This document shows, piece by piece, positions 9,801-17,222 of a stretch of DNA of 64,000 nt. Numbering within the stretch: the first letter of the stretch is position 1; the number at the start of each line of letters is the position of its first letter. A program made the position numbers and the translations under genes. The notes below the pieces were generated by a model that was not told where the DNA came from, ran no database searches, and saw nothing but the letters and a program-made list of their open reading frames with translations. Source of the DNA: an uncultured Ruficoccus sp. (GTDB taxonomy: Bacteria; Verrucomicrobiota; Verrucomicrobiia; Opitutales; Cerasicoccaceae); contig OZ223475.1 of assembly GCA_965140785.1 (NCBI GenBank), positions 96,001 through 160,000 of the forward strand, in the 5' to 3' direction.

Positions 9801-10335
9801 CGCGCTGGAGCATTTTGAAGCTGCCCTAGATACCCCGGAAAACCTGGGCGAGTCCAAGCACCTGCTCGCCAATCAGAGCAACACCTACTACTGGCTCGGT
9901 TGCGCGTTGGAAGCGCTTGGCGGAGAGGATAACGTGGCCCGTGCCCGCAAACTCTGGGAAGCGGCTGCGAACTTTCAGGGAGACTTCCTCGAACGCGCCG
10001 TGCAGACCTACTCGGAGATGACTTACTTCTCCGCGCTGTCACTGCAAAAGCTCGGTCGTACCGACGAGGCGCAAGAGCTCTTCACCAACCTGAAGGCCTA
10101 CGCCCAGCAGCTATTCCACGAGGAGGCCAAGGTGTACTACTTCGCAACCTCGCTGCCCGCGCGCCTGCTCTTCATGAACCTGCAACGCCATCAGGAAACC
10201 ACCGCGCTGCTTATCGAAGCCCAGGCCGAGATCGGCCTCGGCGATACCGTTCGCGCCAAGGAACTCCTCATGACCGTCCTCAAACGCGATCCCTCCCGCG
10301 CCCTCGCCAAGGACTTGCTGGCCGGGCTCCAGTAA
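6814..10335 (+). CDS. yphG: DUF5107 + TPR protein (YphG-like), paralog 1
   Basis: PMFLEKRVYQGSSG.VYP, LPELGGR, IKPAL...WISGGIEFNWPQHHRP, FLWWAN motifs as in E. coli YphG; long TPR-like helical C-terminal half. Confidence 0.88.
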   Translation: MFSRTNTFDVLTNKTNVNKTSTVDVTRKPTVIPTYTPFPPDKNPMFLEKRVYQGSSGRVYPLPCVERFEEKKTDRLYDTVVIENEFIEVTILPELGGRIHGARDKTNGYDFVYRNGVIKPALIALSGSWISGGIEFNWPQHHRPSTFMPCDVEIEEHTDGSKTIWMSEHEPLNRMKGMHGICLHPDKAVIELKVRAYNRTPFVQTFLWWANVAVTANEGYQSFLPPDVTHVADHAKGSTSSFPLCTGTYYGINYADRAKSGVPVEDRPPNFVPPSCIDDPANIPPQLADIAAAGQYQPNDISWYSNIPVPTSYMCLGTKEDFFGGYDHLRGAGIVHIANHHISPGKKQWVWGNHRFGYAWDSNLTDEDGPYVELMSGVYTDNQPDFSFLQPGETKTWSQYWYPVQGIGTAQKASLDAALSLIERNGKVRIGATTTSPEAGAIVRLVNVKSGETLHEATVKLGPDSPYVTTLELPGKTKLTELRLTLSTDDGRELLAYQPEVPEANEPEVATEPPHPSKIESIEELFITGLHLYQYRHPTRMPEPYWEEALRRDPSDARTNNAVGALALINGEFAKAEKDFRTAIARLTRRNPNPYDGEPYYNLGLALRYQADAAAPTDAERASQLLDEAYAALYKSTWNLAWQSAAYHALAEIDCRRGEWKTALDHLDRSLRVNTDNLRARNLRAIVLRQLGRSNEAEALLRDTLALDPLDLWARLLLDQPISCDTKTRLDLAHDFIRAGFLEDALAVIAPKAITATLEDRPEPTSGTGPMLSYTRALLYQQLGDSKAAQSELTAAAAFPRDYCFPSRVEDVNILEWAISANPQDARAPYYLGNLFYDRKRHYDAIAQWEASAKLEPEANPTVWRNLGIGYYNVMESHDKARDAYERAYSLTQAAGIKDPRLIFERDLLWKRLGVSSADRLAALEKHLDAVRSRDDLSVEYLDLLNQEGRHEDAKVYLASRRFQPWEGGEGLARSQHMRTRLALGRQALESGDAQTALEHFEAALDTPENLGESKHLLANQSNTYYWLGCALEALGGEDNVARARKLWEAAANFQGDFLERAVQTYSEMTYFSALSLQKLGRTDEAQELFTNLKAYAQQLFHEEAKVYYFATSLPARLLFMNLQRHQETTALLIEAQAEIGLGDTVRAKELLMTVLKRDPSRALAKDLLAGLQ

Positions 10336-10371
10336 GCGGGATCACCGGTGGCATTCGCACGACTGAGTCCG

Positions 10372-10408
10372 ACGCCAGCAGATTCATTTCTGCTGGCGTT
10401 CTTGTTTT
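10372..10408 (+). terminator. Rho-independent terminator
   Basis: 11-bp stem ACGCCAGCAGA/TCTGCTGGCGT followed by TCTTGTTTT, 37 nt after the stop codon. Confidence 0.75.
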
Positions 10409-10480
10409 ATGGGCCTGTGCGTGTTTCTTTTTACGTTGCTTGTTCATATTATTAAATATACGCATGAGAACATGGATAAT

Positions 10481-11329
10481 ATGCCAAATACGGGAAGAGA
10501 CTGGGCCGGTTTGCATTTATCCCTGCACCGCTTTTGGGAAGGGGATCCGATTGGCGTTTGCGGTAGATTTAAAGGAACTGTACTGACCGTATGGCATATA
10601 AAGGAAGGGGCGGTGACGGTTGAGAAGGGGAATTGTGTAGGGCATGCAAACAAAGGAGAATGGATTGTATGCCATCCGGGAGAGCGTCACCAAAAATTTA
10701 CTGATAATGCGCGTTTGCTTTCGCTTCATTTACACATTGAGTGTCCGACAGGGGCCGCCCGGTGGACGGGGCAGTCGGTGGTGGTGTTTAAGGAGGATGC
10801 CAGACTGAAGCAATGCCTGGCTAAGCTTCGCCGTTGCACGGTTGTTAAGCAGCTCAGTGGGGAAGGGCGTCTCAATCCGGAGGGAGAGGCTTCGACGCTG
10901 GAGTCGATTCTGGAGTTGAAGGAAAAGTTGACTGCCTTTTTTCATCAATTGGTCATGCTGCTCAAGCCACTGGGCATGTGCTATGAGGTGTCTCCCATCC
11001 GTGATGAGCGTGTCAGGGGCACGCGCCATCGACTTGCCACCGGTTCCCTGCGGGAGGGATTTTCGCGAGAAGAACTGGCTCGACGGGTTGCTTTGAGCCC
11101 CAGTCAGCTCGATCGGCTTTGGATGCAGGAACTGGGTGAAACACCACGCCATTACTGGAATTGGAGACGGCTGGAAAATGCCTGTGAACTATTCCTTAGC
11201 GGAGCAACGGGTAAGGAGGTTGCCTACGAGACAGGCTTTGACCATCTGAGCCAGTTCTCTCTGTGGTTTCGGACCAATATGGGCGAATCTCCTCGGCAGT
11301 TCCAGGCCCGCCATCAAGGCAGAGTCTGA
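10481..11329 (+). CDS. AraC-family transcriptional regulator (start 10472 or 10481)
   Basis: C-terminal double HTH (ELARRVALSPSQLDRL...KEVAYETGFDHLSQFS.WF....GESPRQF); cupin-like N-terminus. Confidence 0.9.
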   Translation: MPNTGRDWAGLHLSLHRFWEGDPIGVCGRFKGTVLTVWHIKEGAVTVEKGNCVGHANKGEWIVCHPGERHQKFTDNARLLSLHLHIECPTGAARWTGQSVVVFKEDARLKQCLAKLRRCTVVKQLSGEGRLNPEGEASTLESILELKEKLTAFFHQLVMLLKPLGMCYEVSPIRDERVRGTRHRLATGSLREGFSREELARRVALSPSQLDRLWMQELGETPRHYWNWRRLENACELFLSGATGKEVAYETGFDHLSQFSLWFRTNMGESPRQFQARHQGRV

Positions 11330-11349
11330 ATCTGCTTCGTGTCGTCGGG

Positions 11350-12336
11350 TCACTCGGCATGGAGTGCCTCAAGGGATAGACGGGTTTCCGTCTGCCAGCA
11401 TTTGCCCGCGTCGAGCTGAGTCAGACCGGATAGGGCTGGTTTTATCAGTGAGTTAGGAGCGTTGACTAGCCAGGTCATGGGCTCGATACACAGAGCGTTA
11501 GGATCGTCGGGCGGTGCCCATAGAAACCAGAAGCCGAAGTTACGGTCTGCCTCATATCTCACCCGGAGTTCTTCTTCGGGAAAGTCGAGAAGGGCACCCC
11601 TGAAATTATAGCCATTTATTGAAACGCTGTTCGCTCGGCAGTGGCAACTGATGGGCGGTGCGATGTGGTAGGTTTGGCCGCCGAAGGTGTGGTAGTCGTG
11701 GGGGAGTGGCCAAGGCACCTCTTGACCAGTAGGGGTGCGCGTTTTGGGGTGGAGCGTGTAACAATTATCTTCTGCCGTTATGAACAAACGCATTCTTGAT
11801 CGCTCAACATCCGGAAGGATAAATGATGTGTGGAAGCCTAATCCAAATGGCATTGGAGGGCTATCCGAGGAATCAAGGTTTTCGAGTACGGTAGTTTGTG
11901 TGACAGAGGTTTCTTCGAATCGATAACGGATACTTAACCGAAAATGATGCGGATACCCGGCAAAGGTTTTCCTGCCCTGATGGTGGGTAAACGATAATTC
12001 AATTTCGGGGTTTGCGTTCGCTGTTGCATCCTCGGTGAGGGACATCTCCCATGGCTCATGGAGGACGATACCATGCAAGTGATTGTTGCGGCTAGGTTCA
12101 TTGATGGGCAGGGAGTAGGCCCTGCCAAGCCACATAAAGGTGCCGCCCGCTATACGGTTGGGTGGAAAGAGAACGGGGATGCCGAATCGCTCGGGCTGAG
12201 TTAGGAAATCTTGCTCCGATTCCGGGTAGTTCAGTATGTCCCGATTTAGTGGGAGGTAGCGTAGCCGCACCAACTGGCCTCCATGTGCGGGGGCAAATGT
12301 CGCTTCCCAAGAATTACAGTTGAGGGTCTTGAACAT
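11350..12336 (-). CDS. Aldose 1-epimerase family protein (YphB/YoxA-like)
   Basis: GIPVLFPPNRI, NHLHG, PMPFGLGFHTSF and CIEPM motifs of the galactose-mutarotase family. Confidence 0.9.
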   Translation of the reverse strand: MFKTLNCNSWEATFAPAHGGQLVRLRYLPLNRDILNYPESEQDFLTQPERFGIPVLFPPNRIAGGTFMWLGRAYSLPINEPSRNNHLHGIVLHEPWEMSLTEDATANANPEIELSFTHHQGRKTFAGYPHHFRLSIRYRFEETSVTQTTVLENLDSSDSPPMPFGLGFHTSFILPDVERSRMRLFITAEDNCYTLHPKTRTPTGQEVPWPLPHDYHTFGGQTYHIAPPISCHCRANSVSINGYNFRGALLDFPEEELRVRYEADRNFGFWFLWAPPDDPNALCIEPMTWLVNAPNSLIKPALSGLTQLDAGKCWQTETRLSLEALHAE

Positions 12337-12397
12337 AAGTTAAAAGGGCCAAGGATCAGGCACCGCCCTTGGCTGATATAGAGCGGTGCTCGTTGCG

Positions 12398-15300
12398 TCA
12401 GAGGGTTGCTGCTTCGAGGGATTGCGCTTCGATCCAGCAATACAGGTCGGAGGGATCGGCCTGAAGAGACGCTTGGAAGTCGCTCAATGCACCCTGCATA
12501 TCGCCGAGAGCTCGGCGGGCGAGCCCGGTCAGGTAGCGGAAATAGGCTGCCTGTGCCTGCACGGGATCGTCGATGTACGAGATGAAAAACGGCGTTGTTT
12601 TGAAGTTCCCGGCGACCTCCTGTTGCATTGCCTCTGTCCATTTTGTCAGAGCGGCGCGCAGTTGCTGACGGGCGCGGGTGGCGCGCCCGGTTTTATCCAG
12701 CGCGATCGCCTGATAGACGGGCAGGGCGGGCAGGTGCATGTTGGAGAAATAATCGACAGTCAGCACGAGGAAGTGCTGGTAGATTTTGCGCGCCTCATCG
12801 TCCTGCCCAAGCTGCTCCAGGCAGAGCGCCTCGTAGTACTGATGGGGGACGAGCATGACCTCGTTCCAGAGGCCGGCGCCGAGGTTCTGAGGCAAGACCT
12901 GTGCCTGCCGGAAATGCTCAAGAGCCGTCTGGGCATCGCCAGCGCGAAGGGCTTGTCGGCCCAGATTATGATGGGCAAACATGTGCTGCGTCGCCACGAC
13001 GTGCTCGCCGCCCTCACAGGGCACAAAGGTATGTCCAGCGAGGACCTGAAGCGCGTCCTCGCTGCGGTCTGCGTGGTTCAGCGCGCGAACAAACTCCAGC
13101 ACGAGGTCATCGCGCAGCGGCCGGGGAGTCGTCAGGTATTGTTTGATTTCTTCCAGTTTGCTCTGGAGGAAATCTACGCGCTCAGCGGGATTGACACCGA
13201 GCTTGGACATGACGTGCGCCGTCTCGTAAACGAGCTGCTCATCGGTGGGGGCAAGTTCGAGCGCCTGCTTCAGCAGGGGCAGGACCTCCTCCCAGCGCTT
13301 GAGGTGGCTGTAACTCGCTATGGCGAGATTGCGCAGGATGGTGGGGTTTTTCGGCTGAAGCTTTAGGCTTCGATCCCAACACTGCGCGGCCTCTTCGAAG
13401 TGGCGTTTGTCGTAGAGTAGGTTGCCAAGACGCGACCAGGCCTGCGGCAGCTTGTCATTGAATGCCAATGCGATCCGCAGCACGGCCAGCTCCTCGTGTC
13501 GCCACGGGAACGTCGCGCAGGCGGCGGTTGCTTCGGCCTGTGTAATGAACGCTTTAGCAGCGGTTTCATCGCCCTGATCCAGTGCGAAGGCTGCCTGCGT
13601 ATAGGGCACCATCGGTGCATCGGTGGTGGCAGAGGCCGGGAGGTTCTTTAACAACTCAATTGCTTCATCGAGTAAGCCGGATTTAGCTAAATCGTAGGCG
13701 AGGTCGAGGCAGGTCTGGGCGGGCGAACTGTAAAGCTCGCCGTAAAATTCGCTTATCGGTGTATCCGAAAAACGGATACGAAGGTAGCGGGCGAAGTGGT
13801 TGAGCGGGTCGCTGCACAGGATCGAGTCGAGTCGGGAGACCGCGGCTTTCGTGTCGCCCATCTTCTGCTCGGCAGCGGCAGCGAGTGCTCCGGCTAGCGG
13901 ATTGTTTGCCTCATGAGCCAGAGCGCGTTCGGCGTGTTCCAGCATCTGCTCCCAGTTACCGCGCTGTCCGTTGATCATGGCAATCAGTGTCATGCTGCGC
14001 GAGATGTGCGCCTCGTTCCAGGAGGCTTTATAAAAGGCGTCGTAGGCTGCGTCTGTCACTCCCTGCGCGAGATAAACCAAGCCCAGCGCATAAAAGACCT
14101 CGCCGCTGCGCGGGTTGCTGTTGTGGCGGGTCAGAACCTTCCGGGCATGCTCGAACAGCGTACGCGCCTGCGCATAATCCGCTCGCTTGTAGTGGAAGTG
14201 GCCGAGGTCAATTAAGGCCGGTGCGTAGTGCGGATCGAGGCGCAGTGCCGTTTCCCAGTAGGCGTCAGGGAGAGACTTCGGGTCGCGATACTGCTCGATG
14301 TGGACGCCAGCCAGATGGCATTCCTGTGCGGTCTTGAAGTGGCTGGGCGGCGGCAGGTCAACCCAGGGCTCGGGCATGGTGTCGGCGCAGGATTCGGCGG
14401 CGACCACAGGCTCCGCATAGCGCAGGAGGGGGCGGCCAGCGTTGTCGAAAATGGTGACCAATAGGGAACCCTCGTGGGCCGGGATTTCGAGCGTCTTCAG
14501 ATCGGTCGCCGCCAGATCCGCGGTAGTTTCAAGTAGCGATTTTCCTTCGGCACTCACGCGGATGCTTGCACCGCGGTAGGTTCGGACGGATTGAAGCGTG
14601 AGCGTCGTTGCGGTTTCTGCGTGTTCGAGGTTGATCGCCAGGTTGGTATTTGCGCAGACGGGGGCTCCGATCTTACTGATCGGGTACCAGAACTGCGAAA
14701 ACTTCTTCGTCTCGAAGGGCTCCAGCCAGGCGAAGTCCGGCTGGTTGTCCGAGTAGGAGCCCGCCATCAGTTCCGCGTAGGCGCCGTCCTCATCGGTGAG
14801 GGCGTTTTCCCAGGATTCGGAGAGCTGATTGTAGGCCCAGGTGAAAAGCTTCTTCCCGGTGGAGACGTGGTGGTTGCCGATGTGGACGACTCCGCAGGCT
14901 TTCCCGTGGTCGTAACCGCCAAAAAAGTCGTACTGCGAGGCGGCGGAGAAGTACGAGGTAGGGCTCTTGGTGTTTTCGTGACGTCGGATGTCTACCTTTT
15001 CGCCGAGGCGGATACCGTTGAAGACGCCGGAGGCCTTGGGCCAGGTGGTGACTGAGCGGTGGTAGTGGAAATTCACATACGTGACATCGGTCGGGAAAAA
15101 TATCTGGTAGTCCTTGTTGACCGGGACAGCGGCATTTTCCCACCACAGGAAGGAGCGCGCGATGGGCGTGCGGTTGGACAGCACCATGCGCGTCTCAAAG
15201 ATCGCCTCGTCGGGGCGCAGCCGGATGCCGACCATCCCCTTCATGCGCTCGATCGGGTCGTGCTCGGAGAGCCAGACGGTGACCGCGCCGTCGTCCTCGT

Positions 15301-15709
15301 GTTCAATCGCGTAGTCCGTGGGCATGAAGGTTGAGGGGCGATGGTGAAAGGGCCAGTTAAACTCGACGCCGCCGGAGACCCAGGAGCCGAGCACGCCGAT
15401 GAGTGCGGGCTTGATGACGTGCTGGCGGTAAAAGAAGTCATAGCCGGTGGTTTTGTCGGTGGCCGAGTAGATGCGCCCGCCCAGCTCCGGCAGGATGATG
15501 ATGCTCAGGAATTTATTCTCTAAGCGCACGGCCTGATAGGCCCGGTCGCTTTTGTGCTGGCGGTCGGTGTTGAGGACGACCCGGTTGGGGTAGGGGCGTC
15601 CGCTCGTGCGCTGGTGCACGCGGTTCTCCGCATACATCGGCATAGCCTCTGGCTCCGGCTCGCGGTAGGTGGGCAGAGTGAGTTGTTCTTCGGTGATCTG
15701 GACTGACAT
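12398..15709 (-). CDS. yphG: DUF5107 + TPR protein (YphG-like), paralog 2
   Basis: ENRVHQRTSGRPYP, LPELGGRI, SGGVEFNWPFHHRP, YSDNQPDF motifs; TPR-like C-terminal half; clearly homologous to 6814..10335. Confidence 0.88.
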   Translation of the reverse strand: MSVQITEEQLTLPTYREPEPEAMPMYAENRVHQRTSGRPYPNRVVLNTDRQHKSDRAYQAVRLENKFLSIIILPELGGRIYSATDKTTGYDFFYRQHVIKPALIGVLGSWVSGGVEFNWPFHHRPSTFMPTDYAIEHEDDGAVTVWLSEHDPIERMKGMVGIRLRPDEAIFETRMVLSNRTPIARSFLWWENAAVPVNKDYQIFFPTDVTYVNFHYHRSVTTWPKASGVFNGIRLGEKVDIRRHENTKSPTSYFSAASQYDFFGGYDHGKACGVVHIGNHHVSTGKKLFTWAYNQLSESWENALTDEDGAYAELMAGSYSDNQPDFAWLEPFETKKFSQFWYPISKIGAPVCANTNLAINLEHAETATTLTLQSVRTYRGASIRVSAEGKSLLETTADLAATDLKTLEIPAHEGSLLVTIFDNAGRPLLRYAEPVVAAESCADTMPEPWVDLPPPSHFKTAQECHLAGVHIEQYRDPKSLPDAYWETALRLDPHYAPALIDLGHFHYKRADYAQARTLFEHARKVLTRHNSNPRSGEVFYALGLVYLAQGVTDAAYDAFYKASWNEAHISRSMTLIAMINGQRGNWEQMLEHAERALAHEANNPLAGALAAAAEQKMGDTKAAVSRLDSILCSDPLNHFARYLRIRFSDTPISEFYGELYSSPAQTCLDLAYDLAKSGLLDEAIELLKNLPASATTDAPMVPYTQAAFALDQGDETAAKAFITQAEATAACATFPWRHEELAVLRIALAFNDKLPQAWSRLGNLLYDKRHFEEAAQCWDRSLKLQPKNPTILRNLAIASYSHLKRWEEVLPLLKQALELAPTDEQLVYETAHVMSKLGVNPAERVDFLQSKLEEIKQYLTTPRPLRDDLVLEFVRALNHADRSEDALQVLAGHTFVPCEGGEHVVATQHMFAHHNLGRQALRAGDAQTALEHFRQAQVLPQNLGAGLWNEVMLVPHQYYEALCLEQLGQDDEARKIYQHFLVLTVDYFSNMHLPALPVYQAIALDKTGRATRARQQLRAALTKWTEAMQQEVAGNFKTTPFFISYIDDPVQAQAAYFRYLTGLARRALGDMQGALSDFQASLQADPSDLYCWIEAQSLEAATL

Positions 15710-15815
15710 GGTAAAGAAATGTTGTGTTTGAGTTTTGTCTCATTGTGCAAATTTTCGTTGAGGATGCATGCCTCAAGGCTTCTCAAGCCTGATCAAAAAG
15801 TTTATAGATCTAACC

Positions 15816-16709
15816 ATGCCGAACAAACAGGTCTCCAGACAGCATGCTGACGTTGCAGGAACGACCTCCCTGTGGGACGGAATCAGCGTGAGCCTGGTGA
15901 GGTTTTTCGAGGGTCCGCCGATTGGGAAATACGGGACCTTTGACGGCATTGTGTTTACCGCTTACAAGTTGCTTGCCGGGACAGCGTTAATAGAAAAAGG
16001 CGGCGTCTCGGTGTCTCCCGGACGTGGCGACTGGATCATGTGCCTGCCGGGTAAGCGTTTTCAGGATTTCTCGGGCTCTGCTCGCATTATCTCCGTCCAT
16101 TTACAGGTGGAGAGCCCGACCAATGCCGCCTGCTGGTCTGGTGTCCCGGTGCTGACGGTGAAGAGCCGGACGAAAGGCTGTGCGGCACTCGACGAGAGTG
16201 TAAAGACGCTGCGTAGGTCCACGCTGCTTAAGCAGATTGAGGACTCTGGAAGAATCAGTCCGCAGGGGGTGTCTGCGGACTTGCCGGAGGCTCTTGAGCT
16301 GCAAATTAATCTGATGTCATTCTTTCAAAAACTGACCACGCTGTTGGAGCCGATGGGGATGCACTACTCCGCGCCCTTGATTCGTGACCGGCGCGTGCGG
16401 GAGAGCCGTCAGCGCCTGACCTCGGCGAGTTTTCGCGAAGGCTTTGATCGCACGTTGCTGGCGAAGGCCTATAATCTCAGCCCGACGCAGCTCGACCGCC
16501 TCTGGCGTGACGAGCTGGAGCAGACGCCTTTTCAGTTCTGGAATCACCGGCGGCTGGAGGCTGCATGTGTGCACCTTCAGGGCGACGCCTTAAGCATCAA
16601 GGAGATCGCTTTCGAGTTGGGTTTTGTCCAACTCAGTCAGTTCTCCTCGTGGTTCCGTCTGGCGATGAAAGAATCCCCCAGAGGCTTCCGCCAGCGTCAT
16701 AATATGTAG
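15816..16709 (+). CDS. AraC-family transcriptional regulator, paralog of 10481..11329
   Basis: HTH motif KEIAFELGFVQLSQFSSWF...ESPRGFR; shares RF.EG.PIG, WI.C.PG.R.Q.F and IRD.RV with the first AraC; divergent from the yphG-like gene. Confidence 0.9.
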   Translation: MPNKQVSRQHADVAGTTSLWDGISVSLVRFFEGPPIGKYGTFDGIVFTAYKLLAGTALIEKGGVSVSPGRGDWIMCLPGKRFQDFSGSARIISVHLQVESPTNAACWSGVPVLTVKSRTKGCAALDESVKTLRRSTLLKQIEDSGRISPQGVSADLPEALELQINLMSFFQKLTTLLEPMGMHYSAPLIRDRRVRESRQRLTSASFREGFDRTLLAKAYNLSPTQLDRLWRDELEQTPFQFWNHRRLEAACVHLQGDALSIKEIAFELGFVQLSQFSSWFRLAMKESPRGFRQRHNM

Positions 16710-16849
16710 GTGGTTTAGCTTGTTACAATCAAGAGTGCCCTTATTTCGGTTTGTGCCAGAAGCTGTCTCAGTCAAGCTTGTAGGGTTCGGGTAGTGCAGT
16801 TATTGGCATCCAGTGTGGTGGTTGATTCGCAAGAGGGCTGATGGGTGTT

Positions 16850-16925
16850 GGGCACTTCAATTAACCTCCCATGGGGCGCAACCCCTTCGGGGCGAGGCGC
16901 TTTGGGGAGGTTCATCGAAGTGCCC
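16850..16925. other. Long rod-like intergenic hairpin with a C-UUCG-G tetraloop
   Basis: GGGCACTTC/GAAGTGCCC, AACCTCCC/GGGAGGTT, GGGGCGC/GCGCTTT (G-U pairs) and an apical CCCCTTCGGGG hairpin. Confidence 0.6.
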
Positions 16926-17033
16926 TGTTATGATGGTGGCTTGCTACTAGAATGATTGGATGTGAATATCTCTTGAGAGGAAAATATTTCTGAAAAACAC
17001 ATATAAATAAAAGAATATATTGGAATAGATCGC

Positions 17034-17068
17034 TTGACATCTTTAAAAAGACCATATCTTCTGAAAGA
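17034..17068 (+). promoter_or_regulatory. Promoter (-35 TTGACA) with LacI-type operator ATATCTTCTGAAAGA
   Basis: TTGACA at 17034-17039; the 15-mer at 17054-17068 is identical to 25091-25105 at the same spacing from TTGACA. Confidence 0.7.
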
Positions 17069-17222
17069 AAACAAGCGGCAGATTTCTCCAGCTTGCTTCC
17101 GATCATCCGTGGTCGCCTACTGAGTGTAATCTCGGTGTCGGTTGTTCATGCTTATCGGTGAGTACGCCGCGTCCGGCTGATCTATGCTTGTCTCATATTA
17201 ATCCATTCCCCCCACACACCTC

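Noticed and set aside
12386..13366. 326-aa + strand ORF
   Set aside because: Antisense shadow of the DUF5107-TPR gene.
16859..16916. Hairpin as an integron attC site (AAC...GTT)
   Set aside because: Ends do not fit RYYYAAC/GTTRRRY; no cassette array or integron integrase.
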